A stretch of DNA of 64,000 bases. Origin: Phallusia mammillata. Taxonomy: Eukaryota. Each line of letters opens with the position of its first letter. Positions within the stretch are counted from its first letter, which is position 1. The DNA lies in the NCBI GenBank assembly GCA_965637545.1, contig OZ281500.1, positions 620,001-684,000 on the forward strand, written 5' to 3'. This document shows, piece after piece, positions 51,118 through 62,965 of this stretch. The notes under the pieces were generated by a model, which saw only the letters and a program-made list of their open reading frames with translations, ran no database searches and was not told the DNA's origin. The translations under genes and the position numbers were made by a program.

Positions 51118-53545
51118 GTTTGCGTTAAATCTAAACAGCAGTGTGTTAATTTGTGAGCTTCTACATTCTTAACAAATCCTACAGCTGTCTTGCCCTCTCT
51201 CTGGGAGCATTTAGATATATATATATAACATTTATTTTTACATCAAAAAGTTTATATAACATAAATGCTACAGCCGTTTCTTTCGCAGATTGAACAACAA
51301 ATATGTTTGCGTTACTGTCTTGCTAAACGCCTTTCTCGTTGAACGACGCTGTCTGGCAGATTAAATGTATATCGCTGGTTATAAAAAACCTCCATACGTA
51401 CAAATGTGAATGGCTTGCGGCAATATCACAACACACAATGCAATCAAATTAGTTCGTTTTAAAACTAAGTCCAATATTAGACTTGTTCGATTTGTGACTG
51501 GCCTTTCACACACATCCGAAATTCCTTGAAACCGCCTAAATTTGTTTTTCAATTCGTCTTGTACGTCACAAAACCGCTAAGTGAATTTGGCAGAAATATA
51601 TTTGGTCGTTTGTCGAAAGTGGGCGAGGCGTTTAGCAAAGAAAGAGCAGACGTTTGCTGCGTCATAATGTACTTTCATGCGTCATTAATATCGCATTTGA
51701 CAAGTGTTAGGAAGTGAAGCAATATATAAATGTTGTCCGTTAAATGATGTGAAGTCGCTACGTCAGTGCGGAATACGAAAGTAGATTCACTCACACGCCC
51801 CAAAATCGTGTCTTCATTACGTAGTTGAGGCTGCTTGAAGCTAAATCTGGAAAGCTCTCCCAACCGGGTCGTCTTAATGAGTTGATAACCGTGAAAATAT
51901 ATTTCAAAAAATAAAATGGCGTCTTGAGTTAATTTTTGCGAAATTTACTCGTTATGGGAGATTCGTTTTAATATGAATTGTGCGCATGATAATTAGTTTT
52001 ATTATGACATTAATTGTCGAGTTGTTACGGCTAGAACCACCAGTAGCTTATTTACGCTAATTACAAAAGCATTCACAATGGATTTGTAGATTCTCTCCGT
52101 TCCCAATTTGCCTCCTGCCCACTAATTTGATGCTATAAAAAACCACCTTGCTTGATCAAAGTCTTTGCTCAGGTGATTTCAACTTTTGCACCAACTAATG
52201 CTGGTTACCTGCCAGCTGTTTCGCGATTAACACTGGTTACGCTTGTACTGCTATAAATATCAGGGCCCTGAGGCTAGTTTTTGCTTGTAAATGACGAGGG
52301 CTTAGCAATTCGGTCGACACAGCTTATACTCGCGCCGGTTAATTAACCACGAAGCTAACATCCACTAGGCTTTGACGGCTCAAGCAAGTAGAATTAATAT
52401 TCCGCAATATAACAAATAAGGCAGCATTTGATGATTCATTCTATGCCGTGTATGATGCTGCACATAGTGACGTAATTGAGAAAGAAATATAGTTAGTTGT
52501 TATGAATCAAGCAGATAGCTTAGCGCATGTTTGTGTATATTGTAATCAAGTACTTTGTAAAGTGTGTGTAAAAATATGTTTACATTTAAGTTCGCATTAT
52601 ATTTGTTGCATCTGTCTGCTATTGCGTGTCCTTGGTGTTTCCAGTTTGGCCCGTGTAATGCTTCACGTGATGTCCATTTTTTGTTTGGACGCATTAAGGT
52701 TTGGTGAAAAGATTTTCCCGGAATTATTCCGGTTTTAAACGTAAACGCTGGAAACAATTTCATTAAAGCATGTTCGCTGTGTTACTCAAGGCACAGTGTC
52801 GATTCAGCTATGTTTGCTGGTTAGTTTGTTTCGTAGAAGTAAGTTATTTGCGGTCCCTCCCATTTTTACCGAAACCCAAAGCACGTACAAAACATTTTGA
52901 CGTAAGCATAAGCGTCATATGAAAGAGTAATGCATGTTAATAGTCGTGCGTTGTCCTTTGTAGCGAGTCTGATATGGTGGAGAAGGTTGTACAGTGATTT
53001 ACCAAACCTTTGTAATTGGCCTGTGGCGTGCATACAGAGCAATGCGTTAAAGATGAGAACGTTAGAGTCCAAAAATAGCCACCAGGCTTGACCCGTGACA
53101 AGTGGGGAGTAAATCTGGGTAGTTCACGTATTTGGCATCGTTCTCCGTGTCTACATGTTGTAATGTCTGCCTTCTGATTCAGTTGTGTATATTGTTTTGG
53201 TCATGCATAATTCGTTATGTTGTGTTTGTGAGTTTAACCTCACATGTACTTAACTAAAACTTTTGATTATGTTGTCTACAATGCACTTGATGAAAGCCTA
53301 CAGTGGTGACAGAGTAGCAGAGTAGCCGCAGAAAAAGTCCAACGCAGTGCATTGAGAATGCTTGCACGTTTTTTAGCCACTGTGTTGTAGAAATATAACT
53401 TTTGCACTCTCTTGTCTGCATTGTATTTACTGCCACAATAACAGCATATTAGTTTCATATGCGTTGTGGTTTTTGGATTTAACTCTTTTTAACTTGGCAC
53501 ACTTGTTTGTGTACTTTTTCAGTTATTTGCTTTGCATTCTGCATC

Positions 53546-55682
53546 ATGTCAGTAGCAAGGAAGTTTGTAACCTTGCTTGTGCTGGTGTTAGCGATTGTTG
53601 TGGTGGGTTGTAAAGCTAACCACCCTGTCAATTGTGAATACGCTCCAGGAATGAACGTTAACACGACCGTGTGTTGCGATTACGTGTCCAGACAATTTTC
53701 TTCCTACTGGGCGAGTGGCGAATTTTATTTGACGTCATACCTGGCAAGTTTGAAGGAGTGGAACTGCAAACAGTTTGACAAGGAATGTCAGCAACGGACT
53801 TTCGCGTACACCCGGTTTAGCGGTCTTGTGTACGACCGGTTCTGTGGCGACAATGTTCTGGTAGAGCAATGCAGTGCAGAGGTTATTGGGGCGACTCTGG
53901 CGCAGAATTCGTCACTTTCCAGAACTTGGCAGAACGCTGTAAACGGTTTGGACGCCACAAAATTGTCGGACGATCAACTGCGAAGTCCGTGTTTGCAGAT
54001 TGCCATGTATGAACGAGATTCAGGAGGTTTTTCACATTACCATGAAGTGATTCAACCATTTACTCCCTTCTGCTCGTTCGTGTGGTGTGGTTTTGACGAG
54101 AAACTTGTGAAGGAAGGCAGAGTGTCGGTGTGGACGTGTTTACCACAATCGTAAGTTGGATGATATGTTGTGCGTTGCAAGCAAGATAATGTGAGCCTTT
54201 CAAACATAGCTTACATTAAAAGCAACATGGGGATCAAGATCTGGTCCAGAGTAACTGCATAATTTAAACAAGTGGTAAAGCAAATAAATGATAGATAAAA
54301 AAGTTGCAACTGTAACAAGTTTATATTGTGTGCTGTAACATCGAAAACTTAAAATCATGGCCCATATGCAACATGCATGCCTATCATATCCGGTGATGTC
54401 ACGAACACGTGACTGTCAATTGTTTATGATGTTTATGTATCCGGGTTTATGCAGACAATCCTCGAAGCCTCTTCCGTGTTTAAATCTGCTGTGTTTATGT
54501 TCCAGATGTCGGTCAAGCATTATAGTAATGATGGTCTTCAGTGTGCTGCTTGCAATTGCAATAATCGTTGCCAACGCGACCGTCTTGTCCGCTTTGGGGA
54601 AATACCCTCGCATACGCCACAACCAAGCTATTTACCGCTTCTCTCTGGCGCTCGCCGACATCGTGGTTGGTTTGATTGTGTTCCCTACATTCGTCAGCAG
54701 TCTGTACATGCAATTCCACGGCTCACACGAGCTCGGAAAACTACGCAATGTCACTGGTGTTGTTGTCAACGGCTCGCTGGTTCCACAACAGTTTGCTGTA
54801 CGCGACCCTAGCGGCCAGTTTTCCAACCGCGTTCCACGCCAGTACCGTAACTTCGTCGGATTTTTCACAGTCCTGTCACTTTCGGTGTCGATTTACACAT
54901 TGGTTGCGGCTGGAATTGACCGCTGTGTGGCGCTCTCGTTCCCAGCTCGTTACAGAAAAACGTCGAAGGTTCCAATCGGCTTGATTGCGAATATTTGTAT
55001 TTGGATTCTTTCTGTTATATTTGCTGTTCTCCCGTTTGCTGTGGACTTACTGGGTTACACGCTGGTTGCGTCCATACTTGTGTCATCATCCGGCCCGACA
55101 GTTCTAATCCTTTACATCATAATCTTCGTGATTCCTCTAATTCTCATGTGGACTGTGACCATCGCTTCTTACGTCATATCGCGGAAATACGTCATCAGCT
55201 GGAGGCGGTATTCGGTCGGTGACGATCCGACAAACGGACAAGGAGCAAGCGAGAGTCAGTTGGCGAGAACATTTGGAATCATGGTCGGTGTCTTCAGCTT
55301 AAGTCTCGTTCCTTCGATCATCGTGTTGATCTGTGGCGCCACCTTGAGCACGATCTACTACAACAGACCGAACGAATTGATCCAAGAGTCCGCTGTCGCT
55401 TACACGTCAACCGAAATCGTGGTGATATTTATTCTGATGTGCAACAGCTTGTGGAATTGCTTCATCTACAGCGTGAGAGACCGGGACTTCAGGGCAGCAT
55501 GCAAGGAGATGTACGGGAATGCTGGTGCGATGGTTGGATTAAAGTGTTGGCAAGTTGAAGAGGTGGAGAGGACGAATGGTGTCGCAATGGAGGGGGGAAA
55601 TTCTGACGACAACTTTCCACAAACGCTTGCTTCTGGCGTTGATAAGACCGTGGTGGATAACGCTCAAACCACTACCATATAA
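53546..55682 (+). CDS. GPCR-6: 12-Cys ectodomain + class A 7TM, 2 exons
   Basis: Exons 53546-54150 and 54506-55682 (TC|gtaagt...ttccag|A TGT). GIDRC; MCNSLWNCFIYSVRDRDFR. Confidence 0.92.
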
Positions 55683-56329
55683 TTTGCCTCTACTTTATCG
55701 CGCCATGATGATTTCGACTTGTTTTCAATGGTTGGCTTCTGGTTAAAAATGCTGATGGTGATTGTCAATAACTAATGTCTGCGTTGTCTGCGGTGAATGT
55801 TGTTTGTTACCATCACAGACTGTCAACCTTCACGTGTCGTTGTGTGAATTTATCTACATATGCAAGTTGTGAATGCCTAATACTTGCCCGTCAAATATCA
55901 ACGTTGATATGAAACTTGTACATATTGTCCTTTGTTGGTTTTTACGGTTTACGATGGTTCCGTAAATTCTAAAAATAACACCAACTTGTTTCCGCTGTGA
56001 AGAGGTTTTTCATCATGAAGATAGTTTACGTTGGGGCTAAGAGGGCGTGCATGCCTCAACCTATTTACGAGAAAAGATTAAATTATGCGTAACGAGCTTC
56101 GTGCAGTCAGCGGTGCCGGGGATTTGGCAGTTGACAAACCTAGGTAGAAGCCATTTGTTGCTGCATTACTGATTTACTTGCTTAAACAACGAACTTGAAT
56201 GTGAGAAATTTGCAGTGCAGCTTTGTAGGTGGTGTCGAGGGCCTTTGTGGGGTTTAGTTTAAATCTCCCTTTAACCAGCCTCAGGACTTTGCTTTGTTCT
56301 TTTTCAGTTCCTGGTTTGCATTCCGCAAC

Positions 56330-58474
56330 ATGTCTGTAGCAAGGAAATTTGTAGCTCCGCTTGTGCTTGCGTTAGCGAGTGGTTTGGTTGATTGCAAAGC
56401 TCAGCAACCTGTGAGTTGTGAATACGCTCCAGGAATGAACGTCAACACGACCGTGTGTTGTGATTACGCGTCCAAGAACTTTCACATCTTATGGTCGAGC
56501 GGCGAATTTTATTTGACGTCATACCTGGCAAGTTTGAAGGAGTGGAACTGCGATCATTTTGGCAAGGAATGTCGGCAACGGACTTTCGCGTACACCCGGT
56601 TTAGCGGTCTTGTGTACGACCGGTTCTGTGACTACGATGTTCTGGTAGAGCAATGCAGTGCAGAGGTTATTGGGGCGACTCTGGCGCAGAATTCTTCAAT
56701 TCCAAGAACTTGGCAGAACGCTGTAAACGGATTGGACGCCACAAGATTATCGGACGATCAACTGCAAAGTCCCTGTTTGCAGGTTGCCATGTATGAACGA
56801 GATTCAGGAGGTTTTTCACATTACCATGAAGTGATTCAACCATTTACTCCCTTCTGCTCGTTCGTGTGGTGTGGATTTGACGAGAAACTTGTGAAGGGAG
56901 GCAGAGTGTCGGTGTGGACGTGTTTACCACAATCGTAAGTTGGATGATGTGTTGTAGGTTGCAAACAAGATAATGTGTCAGTTATAAACATGAACCACGT
57001 CAAAAATAACTGGTTTGACCTAACGTATCTGTAACTGTAAAATTTAAACATGTGGCGAGGCAAATAATTGGTAAATCCCAAATGTTGCAGCTGTGAGCGG
57101 TTTGTATTGTGTACTGTCGCGCCGAAAACTTTAAATCCTGGCCCATATGCAACATGCATGTTTGTCATATCCGGTGGCATCACGAACACGTGACTATCAG
57201 TTTTGAGCTGTTGATTACGATGTTTATGTGTTGCGGTTGATTTGCAGACAATCTCTCTAGTATTCTAGTATTTCAATCTGTTGTGTTTATGTTCCAGATG
57301 TCGGTCAAGCATTATAGTAATGATGGTCTTCAGTGTGCTGCTCGCCATTGCAATAATCGTTGCCAACGCGACCGTCTTGTCCGCTTTGGGGAAATACCCT
57401 CGCATACGTCACAACCAAGCTGTTTACCGCTTCTCTCTAGCGCTCGCCGACATCGTGGTTGGTTTGATTGTGTTCCCTACATTCGTCAGCAGTCTGTACA
57501 TGCAATTCCACGGCTCACACGAGCTCGGAAAACTACGCAATGTTACTGGTGTTGTTGTTAACGGCTCACTGGTTCCACAACAGTTTGCTGTACGCGACCC
57601 TAGCGGCCTGTTTTCCAACCGCGTTCCACGACAGTACCTTAACTTTGTCGGATTTTTCACAGTCCTGTCACTTTCGGTGTCGATTTACACATTGGTTGCG
57701 GCTGGAATCGACCGCTGTGTGGCGCTCTCGTTCCCAGCTCGTTACAGCCAAAAGTCGAAGGTTCCAATCGGCTTGATTGCGAATATTTGTATTTGGATTC
57801 TTGCTGTTATTTTTGCTTCGCTTCCTTTTGGTGTTGACTTATTAACTTACCGGTTTCTGGTGTCTACACTCGTCTCATCATCTGGTTTGACGGTCATTTA
57901 CCTTTATATTGTGATCTTTGTGATTCCTCTAATCCTCATGTGGACTGTGACCATCGCTTCTTACGTCATATCTCGGAAATACGTCATCAGTTGGAGGCAG
58001 AACTCGGTCGGTGACGATCCGACGAACGGACAAGGAGCAAGCGAGAGTCAGTTGGCGAGAACGTTTGGAATTATGGTCGGTGCCTTCAGCTTAAGTCTCG
58101 TTCCTACCCTTGTTGTGTTGGTATTTGGCGCCACTTTGCCTACTATCTACTATGACAGACCGACCGAGATCGACCAAGAATCCGCTGTTTCCTTTATTTC
58201 AGCTGAAGTCGTGGTGATATTTATTCTGATGTGCAACAGCTTGTGGAATTGCTTCATCTACAGTGTGAGAGACCGGGACTTCAGGGCAGTATGCAAGGAG
58301 ATGTACGGGAATGCTGGTGCGATGATTGGCTTAAAGTGTTGGCAAGTTGAAGAGGTGGAGAGGACGAATGGTGTCGCAATGGAGGGGGAAAATTCTGACT
58401 CTAACTTTCCACAAACGCTTGCTTCTGGCGTTGATAAGACCGTGGTGGATAACGCTCAAACTACTGCCATATAA
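56330..58474 (+). CDS. GPCR-7: tandem paralogue of GPCR-6, 2 exons
   Basis: Exons 56330-56934 and 57298-58474; exon lengths (605 and 1177 nt) are the same as in GPCR-6. Confidence 0.92.
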
Positions 58475-59105
58475 TGGTCACCTATGCCGTAAACCCATGT
58501 TTCTGTTCATGACAAGTGCTCACGATAGTTTGCTGGTCATAAATACTCAGCAATATTCATTGTACATGCCATTTGTCTGTTCGTAAATTGGAAACTATAT
58601 GTCATATATATTAGTGTGTGTAACGTTCTTCCTTGCACAATTCGATTAAAAATCTTCATACCGGTTATACAAAATAATGCATACGATGGTGGTTGTCAAA
58701 TTTATGGATCAATTTTTCGTAATGTAGAGGGCTTGTAGCAATGATACTTAAACTGTGTGATGTAGTCGTGAGAGATTTCCAAGTGTGCTGCGAAAAATCC
58801 GCTATTTTAAAGTGCAAATTTTTGTCTTGTGTTTTAGGTCTTGGCATAATGCGGGCATATGTAACAAAGTTTGAACGCTTAGTTTTTGTTATTGTAAAAA
58901 GCATGATAGCGAAGCTTTCCCATCATACTAAGTTGCAAATTGATTAGCTTTGAACAACTTATTTATGGTCGACCGGCAAAGTGTGCCGCGGAAAAAAAGT
59001 TTCTTATTGCGCAATGGTTGAACAGTTTGTGAAGCAATAGCTATAAGTTCATGGTTGCCGTCGACCCAAAGCTAAAATTTAGGACAGCATTGGAGACACT
59101 ACGAT

Positions 59106-59650
59106 CATAGGCGCCGAGTGGGCGGTGGCGGGGTGGCGCCGCCACCTTGGGATTGTAAAGCACGGTGGCGGCCACCGTGGATATTTTGATTTGTCTGTAG
59201 CGGTATAATACGAAACATCGTAAAATCTCAGGAAATTTAGCAATAATTTTGCTTTTACACAAGCATGCTGACATATAAGCAACAAAACGTGTCGAAACTG
59301 CAACTTGCTTTGGTCAGTGCTTTGTTTATGACGTCAAACACACAATTGTTGGCAGTGAATGTATGGCCATTATATTGTACTGTAATAAAATGTTATTTAG
59401 GTGATACAAGAGCAACAACTTGACGAAACATTTTCTGAGCGTTGCTAAACCAATCAAAACGTTAAAGCAAAGTGTTTCAAATGAACATTAGTATAATTTT
59501 TTTTAAGACTTTGACGAAAGTTGCATTCTTTAAAAAAAAATTCTGCTTTGAGTTGGAGCTCGTATGGTTGCACGCTTTAGTTACGTCACAAAAAGTGACG
59601 TCATAATTTACGTCCGCCATCTTGCATTTTTGTAAAACTCGGCGCCTATG
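59106..59650. mobile_element. hAT-type MITE
   Basis: TIRs CATAGGCGCCGAGT / ACTCGGCGCCTATG; exact TSD ACTACGAT at 59098-59105 and 59651-59658; GGTGGCG subterminal repeats. Confidence 0.9.
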
Positions 59651-61141
59651 ACTACGATTTTAGCAAAAACTTAACCAAACTATGTCTCGGAAATATTTGT
59701 TTTGGGCAACTAATATTAAACATCTTATTTTTGAGCTTTGCTCATGTCAAACGCTGAACAATTAGTGTTGCAAACCAATTTTGCAAGTCACTGTGCTAAT
59801 AGTGGTGTTTGCTTTTAATGTGAATACGTTTGCGATTATAAATTTAGTCCCAAGCCGTGAGGTAAAATAAAATGTCAAACGTCGTAAGAAAGTAAGAACG
59901 CGAGTTATAAATAACGAGGCCTCTTGGAAAATATGGTAATCAATTATTACAGATGTCGTCCACCAAAATAAAACACAAACCTTAGAAATATGGACCATAC
60001 TTGCACAAAGTGATGTTTATGAAGAGATCTTAAGCTTACATTTGTTGTAGTGTATCGTTCACATTTCCAAACAGTAACTCAACTGTTTATTCCGTGCTTC
60101 AATTCCTAGCAATAGCACGCTTAAACAGTAAAAAAAAACCGACTTTCAATTGTAACCACAAAGTTGTTGCGGAATTTGTAAGGCCAAACCACTGTTTGTC
60201 AATGTGTGGTGTTGCATTTGATAATCAACAAACCAAATCACGTCGCGTACTCATCAAGAAAGGTAATTAATCATAGCAAGTCACGGTGCAAACATCTATT
60301 GCCCTGTTTACTGGTGATGGTCCCGTTACTATGTTGTCGCGATTGTTGGTTGTTTACAGTTTTGGAACCCAGATTCGACCAAACACAATAGTTGGGAAGA
60401 AGTCAGTGTGAACTATTATAAACGTTTATAGTGCAATCTATGTGTCAAATATTTGCAGTTTGTGTAGATCATACATAAAGAATTGTTTGCGAAGTGAATT
60501 ATTTTTTTGGCAAGGACAATATATTTTAAAGTTCCCCTAATCGACGTTAAAATGGTGGTGAATGCTTGATGACCGACTGATTCGGTATGGTGCCTTCAAA
60601 GGGCCAGGCCTACTGTGATTTATTAATCGTGTGTTTTTTTAGGCGTGTTTTGGCGTAGGCTACGCCACCCTCCGACTCACTAGTCGTGCAAAAAGTCGTG
60701 AGAAGAGTGTTTAGTCCACAGCTATGTACGACGTCACCAATTGAACTGCCACGATGTATGGTACAAAAAGGGCTTGTGTACTTGTGTTGAAAAACGTGCA
60801 AAATTGGTATTGTAGTTTGTTGTCGTTGATACCTGCTGATTGGGTGTAGAGTTGGAAATGCGAACTAAATATAAAACTTCAACTAATTGAGTTTCTGATA
60901 TTGTTTGGGGTTACCAGGTAGGATGTTGTCTAGTTGTGGTCTACATGTTCGAAAAAGTAATATCAGTGAAAGATTATTAACGACCTGTAGTTTCAGGTGA
61001 TAATTCATTTTTTAGTCGTACCCTGATTCTCTGAAATGTAAATCAACGACTTGAAAGAAACAACCAACTTTTAAAACCTGTGTACCTTATCGGTCTTGAT
61101 AGTACCGTCATAGGTTGATCGTTTTGTTGCTTGACATTGTT

Positions 61142-62965
61142 ATGTCTACGTTGTGTGGGAAGTTACTCATATTAACGTTCGTTGGCTCTTTAATGTTTCC
61201 TGAACTGTGTGCGGTGGAACACAGAAACGTGACGCCACAAACAGTCACAAGTGACACAAAGTTTCTCACATACAGCACTTCTATTCATTGCAAAGCTCTC
61301 ACCCGTAAGTTTCACTCATGGTGGTTCACGTTTAAAGGCGGGTTAGCAGAATATCTTGCGACCCTTCGATCTCTGGGTTGTCCGTAGTTTAAAGAAGAAT
61401 GCAGCAAGAGATTGCTCGCCATCCCTTTCCCTCTCTCATCTACGACAGCTTCTGCTCTCCACAAAGCATCGTGGACAAGTGTTACCCAATGCTCAAGTCG
61501 CTGGTGAAACGTCGCAATTCTAATTATGACAACATGACTATAATACTTCATCGTACGATTGGGCTTCAGCAGCTGATCTTTTAAATGATGTTCGGCTTTC
61601 GGAGAATGAACTGAAGGAGCCTTGTGTCCAGGTTGCCTTGTATGAAATATCAAACTGCACTTTTCATGAACTTGTGATTCATAGTGCTCTATTTTGCTCC
61701 GTGCATTGGATGGGATACGATGCAAGAATGGACGTAAACCGCCGCTTAACGCAATGGAAAATGTTAGATCACAGGTAAACTGGTGTAAACTTTTTTGCCA
61801 AAACTGTTTGTGACTATAACGGCATTTTGAAATAAAAGCACTTGAAAACGACTGAGCAAACTTTGACATGTTTAGAGGTCTTGAATATCCTGTATTCATA
61901 AGGTGTATGTATAATTTCAACACTAGACAGAAGGCATACCTTATTGTAACCCTACCGTGTCTCAGGTGCCATATCAACACTTACATACTTCAAGTAGTGT
62001 GCGGTATTTTATCATTTCTTTTCACCGCTGTGAACTCTCTGGTGATAGTCGCTATAGCGAAAGAACCGAGTCTACGTCATACCCAAGGCATCTACAGACT
62101 CTATCTGGCAATATCTGACGTCATGGTGGGAGTTATCGTATTTCCTGCATCAGTTATTAATCTATGGATTTTAACGCATGGAGTGTTGAATAATTACAAG
62201 GAAGAGAATAGTTTGTGCGAGAATGGAACTAGTATTTACTCGCCAAGGGAATGGCAATTCCGGTTTACAATAGATTCACCTCAGTACATTGCCTTTGTTG
62301 GTTTCGGAACGCACTTGTCATTATTTGCATCCGTTTACATTCTCATGGTAGCGGGATTAGATCGACTCCGGGTTGTAATACATCCTCTGAAGTATCGACA
62401 AGACATAGCTAAGAAAACAGCCTAACGGGCTTGTATCGTTGTGTGGATATTGGCTTTTATTTTTGCCACACTTTCATTTTTTCCTTCTATTTCGACGTAT
62501 GTTTTATATACTTCGAGCTATGCTATATTGATAGGTAAATGGGGTTATGTGATATACGTGGTCGCTTTAGTTTTCCCGCTCTTAATTGTCTGGTTTGTCA
62601 ACTTTGCCACTTATTTCTTCACAAAACTTAACAGCCGCGCTACATCGAACAACGGGATTGATCCGGTCGAGGTACAACTGGCAAAAACCCTGCTTATGAT
62701 AACCTTGGCCTTCACCTTGAGCATCCTGCCATCGATTTTGCTGTTAATTGCTCAAATGAGTGTAACCGATATTGGTTTGCAGCGGCCTGAAACCTTAAAC
62801 ATTGCCGCATATCTGAATGTCAACGCGCTTGAATTCGTTGCTTGGACAATTTTATCATCCAACAGTTTATGGAACTTTTTTATTTACAGCGTTCGAAGTC
62901 CTACTATGCGAAAAGCGATCAAATGCTTGTTTGTAAATATGTTTTCTAGAAATTCAGCTAAGTGA
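61142..62965 (+). pseudogene. GPCR-8 pseudogene (same family)
   Basis: Exon 1 ~61142-61774 has a TAG at 61385 (CP*F where paralogues have CPQF) and frameshifts near ~61415 and ~61530. The phase-2 intron is retained in place (AG|gtaaac...ctcag|G TGC, exon 2 from 61966). There is an in-frame TAA at 62423 after GLDRL; SSNSLWNFFIYSVRS is still recognisable. Confidence 0.88.

Noticed and set aside
54120-54520. Possible GPS/GAIN autoproteolysis site before TM1 (WxC-x4-C)
   Set aside because: It lacks the C-x-C-x-H-L-(T/S) cleavage consensus, and the 7TM is class A rather than adhesion-type.
61312-61980. 222-aa antisense ORF
   Set aside because: It overlaps the decayed GPCR-8 exon on the opposite strand, starts at a non-ATG codon and has no recognisable features.
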